Shown: one piece after another, positions 54,239 through 59,566 of the stretch
Position numbering within the stretch: position 1 is the first letter of the stretch
Layout: each line of letters starts with the position of its first letter
The notes under the pieces: model-generated
What the model was told of the DNA's origin: nothing
The model's input: the letters and a program-made list of their open reading frames with translations, nothing else
The model's database searches: none
From: a virus
Lineage: Duplodnaviria; Caudoviricetes
Length of the DNA stretch: 59,566 nt
Direction: 5' to 3' (one strand)
IMG/VR virus record: IMGVR_UViG_3300046796_000573
Location: 1 to 59,566 of that record
Position numbers and translations under genes: made by a program

Positions 54239-54492
54239 TGCACGAGCCGCGCAAGAGCACGGGCGAGATCCCCCTGCACGCGGACATCGTGCGGGACGCG
54301 CTCCACCGCCTGCGCCAGGTGCCAGGCAAGCGGGCCGGCGACCTGTTCCAGGAGGGCTGCGTCGTGATGGCGCTCGCCGACGAGGCAGGCCGCCAGCCCA
54401 AGGGCGCGCCCGAGCGCAACGTGGCGTACCGCGAGCTGCTGGAGTTCCAGCGCAAGGCGCTCGCCTTCCTGGCCCAGCCCGAACCGGAGTAG
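54238..54492 (+). CDS. Hypothetical protein
   Basis: TGATG coupling. Confidence 0.5.
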   Translation: MHEPRKSTGEIPLHADIVRDALHRLRQVPGKRAGDLFQEGCVVMALADEAGRQPKGAPERNVAYRELLEFQRKALAFLAQPEPE

Positions 54493-54568
54493 GCTCGAGG
54501 GCGACGGCGGCGCGGTGCACTGACCTAGCGGTGCGCCAAACGCTGCGCCGCCGTTGCTATCCCCACCC

Positions 54569-56005
54569 ATGGCCGACGGCAGCACCTGGACACCCAAGGC
54601 GGGGCCGCAGACCGTCTTCCTGGCGTGCGGCGCCTTCGAGGCGTGCACCGGTGGCATCGTCGGCGGTGGCAAGACCACCAGCCTGCTGGTCGGCGCGCTG
54701 CGCCACGTGCACCGGCCCGGCTACGCGGCGCTGATCCTGCGGCGCCACTACACCGAGCTGACCAAGGCCGACGGCCTGCTCGAGCGCGCGTGGAACCTGT
54801 ACCCGCGGTGCGGTGGCCTGCCCGCCAACGGCGGCCTCACGTGGGTGTGGCCCAGCGGCGCGCGCATCGACCTGGCGGGCATGGACGCCGAGACGGACAG
54901 GTTCAAGTTCGACGGCAGCGCCTACCAGTACGTGGCGTTCGACGAGCTCCAGACCTTCGCGCTCATCCAGTACACGTACCTGGCCAGCCGCATGCGGCAG
55001 AACGACCGCATCCTCGCCAGCGGGCCGCCCATCCCGCTGCGCCTGCGCTCGACGGCCACGCCCGGCGGCATCGGTCACGATTGGGTGGTCGCGCGCTTCG
55101 GTCCGTGGATCAGGCTGCACGATCCGGAGTACGACGGCCCGCGCGCGCAGCCTGGCGCGTGGCTGCACTATCGGATCGACCCCACCACCGAGGGCGAGGT
55201 GCTGTGCGGCGCCGACCACCCCGAGGCGATGAGCCGGTGCTTCATCCCCACGGTGATGCTCGAGTACGTCGGCGCGGAGTACCGGCGCGCGCTCACCCTG
55301 CTGGACCCGGTCACGCGGGCGCAGCGCTTGTACGGCGACTGGCTGGTGCGCCCAGGCGCTGGGCTCATGTTCCAGCGTGCGTGGTTCACCCGCGAGCGCG
55401 GGCAGCTGCTGGACCGCATGCCGCACCCGGCCGACGTGCTGTTCCGCGTGCGCGCCTACGACTTGGCAGCCACGCCCAAGAAGACGAACGAGCAGCGCGC
55501 CGCCACCGTGGCCCTGCGGATGGCGGTGCTGCGCAGTCGCCTGCTGGTGGTGGAGCACGTGCGCCGCCTGTGGGGCAGGCCGCACGAGGTGGAGCAGATG
55601 ATGAAGGAGCTGGCCGTGAGCGACGACGCGTTCCACGGCGGGCCGGTGCTCGTGTCCTTCCCCATCGACCCGGGGCAGAGCGGCATCGCCCAGCGCGACC
55701 AGCTGGCCAAGGTGCTCGAGGGGCACAGCTGGCGCGCCACGCCCGAGACCGGCGACAAGGTGGACCGCGCCAAGCCGCCCAGCGCCAGCGCCGAGGGCAA
55801 GCGCCTAGCGATCGTGAAGGGCGACTGGAACGAGGAGTTTCTGCGCGAGGCGCACGACTTCCCCATCGGCAAGCTCAAGGACCAGATCGACGCGCTGAGC
55901 CGCGCGCACCGCGAGTGCACCCGTGGCGGTGGTGCTGCGACGGCGCGGGCCGGTGGCGGCGACGGCAAGCGCGTGAGCATGCATCGGCCCGGTGGCGGCT
56001 TCTGA
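54569..56005 (+). CDS. Terminase large subunit
   Basis: Walker A GGIVGGGKT, Walker B VAFDEL, TATPGG, nuclease RAYDLA and DQIDALS. Confidence 0.92.
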   Translation: MADGSTWTPKAGPQTVFLACGAFEACTGGIVGGGKTTSLLVGALRHVHRPGYAALILRRHYTELTKADGLLERAWNLYPRCGGLPANGGLTWVWPSGARIDLAGMDAETDRFKFDGSAYQYVAFDELQTFALIQYTYLASRMRQNDRILASGPPIPLRLRSTATPGGIGHDWVVARFGPWIRLHDPEYDGPRAQPGAWLHYRIDPTTEGEVLCGADHPEAMSRCFIPTVMLEYVGAEYRRALTLLDPVTRAQRLYGDWLVRPGAGLMFQRAWFTRERGQLLDRMPHPADVLFRVRAYDLAATPKKTNEQRAATVALRMAVLRSRLLVVEHVRRLWGRPHEVEQMMKELAVSDDAFHGGPVLVSFPIDPGQSGIAQRDQLAKVLEGHSWRATPETGDKVDRAKPPSASAEGKRLAIVKGDWNEEFLREAHDFPIGKLKDQIDALSRAHRECTRGGGAATARAGGGDGKRVSMHRPGGGF

Positions 56006-56058
56006 TACGGTGGTGGCGAACCTTGCGCCGCCTGGGGGCGCGCGGAACCATCCACCCC

Positions 56059-57651
56059 ATGGCGCTTCCCGACCTTGTTGCAGCAGCCAAGCCCAGCCGG
56101 TCGCTCAGCGCCGACGTCTATCCGCGCACCGTGCAGCTGCGCTCCCTGTGGCGCCGCTACTACGGGCACGGGCTGGACCTGATCGCGATCGAGCAGGCCA
56201 CCAAGAGCGCCGAGGTGGGGCTGATGGCGGACATCACCGACCTGGAGAGCGAGAGCCGGGGCATCGACCCGAACATGGCCAGCGCGATGAGCAAGCGCGC
56301 CGGCATCCTCGCTCGCGCGCCGGCCAACCTGGTGCCCGCACGCGGTCCCGACGTGGACAAGGCCAAGGCGGCGCTCGCCGTCGAGGCGATGCACGCGGCG
56401 CTGGCCAAGATCCCCTACCTGCGGCTGCGCCTGCGGAGCCTGGCGTGGGCGCTGTTCTACGGACGTGGCGCGCTCGAGCTGCACTGGGAACCGCTGGCCG
56501 TGCCGCTGGGCACCGCGCCGTTCCAGCTGAAGTGGCTGCCCACCGAGGTGCGCCCCATCCCGAAGCGCAACCTGTCGTTCGGCACGCAGCGCGAGCTGCG
56601 CCTGGTGGACCCGAACTACCTGCAAGGCATGTTCGCCAACGACGGCGTCGCCCTCGACGACTACCCGGCCAAGTTCCTCACGTGGCTGCCGGAGCTGTTC
56701 GGCGAGCTGCCCGAGCGCGAGGGCCTGGGCCCGCCGTGCATGTACTGGAGCTTCTTCAAGCGCTTCGACTGGCGCATGCGGATGAAGCTGACCGAGCTGG
56801 TGGGCATCCCCTGGCGCATCGTCACGGCGAAGGGTGGCGCGGAGGCGAACGTCAGCCCCGACCAGCTGAAGGCCGCCTTCAACGCGGCGAGCGCGCTGGG
56901 CGCCGAGACGACGGCGCAGTTCGACCCGGGCATCGAGCTCGACGTGGAGTTCCCTGGCGAGAACACGGGCGCGCTGTTCCACATGAACAGCGAGGACATC
57001 GACAAGCAGATCAACAAGCTGATCCTCTGGACCAGCGGCACCATGGACGCGTCGCCCACCGGCCTGGGCAGCAGCACCACCACGGAGCTGCGGAACGAGC
57101 AGCTGTCCATGCACCAGGGCGATTGCGAAGAGTTCGCCGAGGTGCTGACGCACCAGCTGATCACCTACCTGGCCCTGGTCAATTGGGGGCCCGAGGCCAC
57201 GGCGCTGTACAAGCCGAAGCTCGAGCTCGACGCGCAGAAGCCGCGCGACCGGAAGACCGAGCTCGACATCGTCGGCAAGGCGGTGAGCATGGGCGTCAAG
57301 GTGGCCGTGGACGAGGCGCGATCGATCGCTGGCCTGCGCGCGCCGGAGGAGGACGAGGAGGTGATCCAGCGCGCCGCGCCGGTGGCAGGTGCGCCGGGCG
57401 ATCTGTCGCAGCCCACCGGCCAGAAGGACGACGGCACCACGGACGACGCCGCCGACGACCCCACCGCGCCAGGCAACGACCCCGAGGAGGACACCGTGCA
57501 GGCGGCGCGCATGGCGCTCGACGACGACGAGCACGTGGACCTAGTCCAGCACCTGATGGCCGCGGAGGGCTGCGACCGCCCGCGCGCCGAGCGCATCGCC
57601 GGGCACGTGCAGGCCCAGCTGGACGCGCGCGGTCTCGCCGACGGGCGATGA
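56059..57651 (+). CDS. Portal protein (Mu gp29/DUF935-like)
   Basis: ALFYG...LE..W, W....E..G.P, INKLIL, GSS motifs; after TerL. Confidence 0.85.
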   Translation: MALPDLVAAAKPSRSLSADVYPRTVQLRSLWRRYYGHGLDLIAIEQATKSAEVGLMADITDLESESRGIDPNMASAMSKRAGILARAPANLVPARGPDVDKAKAALAVEAMHAALAKIPYLRLRLRSLAWALFYGRGALELHWEPLAVPLGTAPFQLKWLPTEVRPIPKRNLSFGTQRELRLVDPNYLQGMFANDGVALDDYPAKFLTWLPELFGELPEREGLGPPCMYWSFFKRFDWRMRMKLTELVGIPWRIVTAKGGAEANVSPDQLKAAFNAASALGAETTAQFDPGIELDVEFPGENTGALFHMNSEDIDKQINKLILWTSGTMDASPTGLGSSTTTELRNEQLSMHQGDCEEFAEVLTHQLITYLALVNWGPEATALYKPKLELDAQKPRDRKTELDIVGKAVSMGVKVAVDEARSIAGLRAPEEDEEVIQRAAPVAGAPGDLSQPTGQKDDGTTDDAADDPTAPGNDPEEDTVQAARMALDDDEHVDLVQHLMAAEGCDRPRAERIAGHVQAQLDARGLADGR

Positions 57652-59039
57652 ACCCCAACGGCACCGTCGACCAGATCGTCACCCGCGTGGCCGACCAGGC
57701 CGTGGGCGTGATGGAGCACTGGACGGCGGTGGTGCAGCACGCGGCTGAAGCGCCCGCGTCGAACCCGCAGCTCCGCGCCGCCAACATCTACGCGTCGCTG
57801 CGCACGCTGCCCGCCAAGCCGCTGGCCGAGCTGCTGTTCCGCGAGAGCTTGCGCGGCGCCATGCTGGGCGCGCTCGACGTGGATTGGGAGATCGCCACCG
57901 GCAAGCGCGTGGAGGAGCCGCTGGCCTTCACGCTCGGCGACGACGACCCGCCTGCGCAGGGGTCGGCCGCCGACTACGAGCTGCACGGCTTCGCGCAGAA
58001 GCCCTTCGAGGAGGCCATCGCCGACTTCAAGGAGCGCAAGAGCATCACGAAGAAGGCGTGGAAGCGCCTGACGCAGGAGCAGCGGCAGGACGCCTTCACG
58101 GTGGCGGGTCCGGCGCGGCAGTCGTTCGTCGACGTCGTGCGCGACGCCGTTGGTGATCACCTGCGCGAGGGCATCGACCTGCGCCTGTGGGCCAAGGAGA
58201 TCACGGAGCGGCTCGAGGAGGCCGGCTTTGCCGCGCTCAATCCCAGCCACGCGCAGCTGGTGGCGCGGCAGGCCATCTCGACGTCGTACTCGCAGGGCAG
58301 GCTCCAACAGGCCAAGGCGCCCGAGGTGCTGCGCACGCACCCGTATTGGCAGATCAGCGGCGTGGACGATCGCACCACGCGGCCCACGCACGAGGCGTGT
58401 CACGGCATCACCCTGCCGGCGACCGATCCGTTCTGGGCGCGGTGCTACCCACCGTTCGGGTTCAACTGCCGGTGCAACGTGATCACCCGGCGCAAGGGCC
58501 CGGAGGCGAGCAGCGCGGCCTACCCGCAGCTGGCCCAGCTGCCCGACAAGGGCTACGACGCGCACGGCGCGGGGAGCGTCAGCCTGGTGCGGCGGATCGC
58601 GCTCGCGCTCGGTGCCACGCCCACCGCGGCCGAGGCGCGGCAGATCATCCGCGAGACGCGCGCTCTCCGCCCTGCGCTCGAGCACCCGGCCGAGCTGCAC
58701 CGCATCGATCCGCACGACGCCCACCAGCTGGCGCAGTGGAAGCACCCGACCGATGCCAGCCGTGTGGTCCCGAGGACGCCCTTTGCCGGTGTCGCCTTCG
58801 AGCGGTCGCACCTGCGGCACCACCTTGCGCCGGCGGAGGTGACGATGGCGCTGGCGGAGATGGGCACCGAGCCGATCGACCGTGCCGCGATCGAGCACGA
58901 GCTGCTCCACCCAACCGCAGCACCGCCACGCCTGCGCCGCACGGGCCGCCTGGTGCACATCGCCGACAGGGCGCACTTCGTGGCGCGCGCGCTCGAGAGC
59001 CGCAGGCTGTGGACGCCGATGCCTGTTAGAGTCAGCTGA
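57648..59039 (+). CDS. Head morphogenesis protein (Mu gpF/SPP1 gp7) with C-terminal extension
   Basis: AFTVAG, DDRTTRPTH, DPFW...YPPFGFNCRC. Confidence 0.88.
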   Translation: MNPNGTVDQIVTRVADQAVGVMEHWTAVVQHAAEAPASNPQLRAANIYASLRTLPAKPLAELLFRESLRGAMLGALDVDWEIATGKRVEEPLAFTLGDDDPPAQGSAADYELHGFAQKPFEEAIADFKERKSITKKAWKRLTQEQRQDAFTVAGPARQSFVDVVRDAVGDHLREGIDLRLWAKEITERLEEAGFAALNPSHAQLVARQAISTSYSQGRLQQAKAPEVLRTHPYWQISGVDDRTTRPTHEACHGITLPATDPFWARCYPPFGFNCRCNVITRRKGPEASSAAYPQLAQLPDKGYDAHGAGSVSLVRRIALALGATPTAAEARQIIRETRALRPALEHPAELHRIDPHDAHQLAQWKHPTDASRVVPRTPFAGVAFERSHLRHHLAPAEVTMALAEMGTEPIDRAAIEHELLHPTAAPPRLRRTGRLVHIADRAHFVARALESRRLWTPMPVRVS

Positions 59040-59281
59040 TGCAGGTCAACAAGCGCAGCCTCGCGGACATCGAAGCGGCCCTCGCAGCACAGGGCTTGAC
59101 CATCACCAAGCGCAACGACGTGGACGGCACCGAGCTGGCCGAGGGCGAGCTGGGTAAGCCGTTCCGCGGGCCCATGCTGTTGAAGGTCGGTGGCATGTCG
59201 CGGCACGACCGGCGCAAGCTCAAGGCGCAGATGCGGGCCAAGGGGCACGACGTCCGCGTGCTCGCTCCCGACCCCGAGTAG
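59039..59281 (+). CDS. Hypothetical protein
   Basis: TGATG coupling to MuF. Confidence 0.55.
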   Translation: MQVNKRSLADIEAALAAQGLTITKRNDVDGTELAEGELGKPFRGPMLLKVGGMSRHDRRKLKAQMRAKGHDVRVLAPDPE

Positions 59282-59328
59282 GCCGCACGAACCTTGCAGG
59301 CTGACCAGCGTTCGGGTCCGCTCCCGTC

Positions 59329-59566
59329 ATGGCGAACCTGTTCAAGCTGATTGGGCAAGCGATCCGCTCGAGCCCTGGCTTGGTCGGCAAGATGCTTGCC
59401 CGCACCACCTACCTGCACCGCATGGACCAGGTGGACGCCGCTGCTGCTGCGGCCAACTCGCTCCACGCGGCGCAGGCCACCGTCGGCGCTGCGGTGCTCA
59501 CCTGGCTGAAGTCCGACCTGATCGCGGGTGGCCTCACCGCGTTGGCCGCGTGTCCGCGTCAGCTCC
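59329..59566 (+). CDS. 5' part of the junction-spanning ORF (continues to 561)
   Basis: ATG 59329, open through the window end, in frame with 1-561. Confidence 0.8.
   Translation, partial: MANLFKLIGQAIRSSPGLVGKMLARTTYLHRMDQVDAAAAAANSLHAAQATVGAAVLTWLKSDLIAGGLTALAACPRQL
59440..59566. repeat. Terminal direct repeat, copy 2
   Basis: Identical to 1-127. Confidence 0.95.

Noticed and set aside
54625-56058. 1008-aa and 1015-aa ORF-track versions of portal and MuF
   Set aside because: Upstream extensions overlap TerL or portal in junk frames; better starts are 56059 and 57648
1463-58976. Long antisense or alternate-frame ORFs (e.g. 1463-3979 -, 9604-12366 -, 36848-40168 +, 55456-57534 -)
   Set aside because: Shadow ORFs expected at high GC; Arg/His/Val-rich, no motifs, and opposite well-supported genes

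Overview
The window is a complete, circularly assembled high-GC (about 70% by eye) tailed phage genome of about 59.4 kb; bases 1-127 repeat exactly at 59440-59566. The + strand carries a Mu-like contractile-tail virion module: terminase, DUF935-type portal, MuF, protease/scaffold, capsid, sheath, tube, a tail chaperone with a -1 slippery site, tape measure, Mu gp43-48-like baseplate and an SGNH-esterase tail protein, followed by a large lysis region. A leftward early operon (43961 to 28285) encodes a DpdA/TGT-like protein, a DUF932-like protein, an SMC-like ATPase, a YqaJ exonuclease, a probable annealing protein, DUF5131 and a Dam-like methylase. A rightward early operon encodes a Fis-type HTH protein, an initiator-like gene with about 15 CAAGCCAG iterons, DnaB and a RusA-like protein. 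I see no integrase, Mu transposase, tRNA or CRISPR array. The most notable items are: (1) a DNA hypermodification-type cluster just before the terminase (a ParB-like domain fused to only the C-terminal part of a TET/JBP oxygenase, then a glycosyltransferase, kinase and nucleotidyltransferase) plus an orphan dpdA; (2) at least 14 genes preceded by TANNNT-N6/7-start, a leaderless-promoter pattern that often reuses the upstream TAG stop; (3) two covarying 35-nt bulged hairpins with an identical apex in the early operon. All product calls come from motif recognition and synteny, not database searches.
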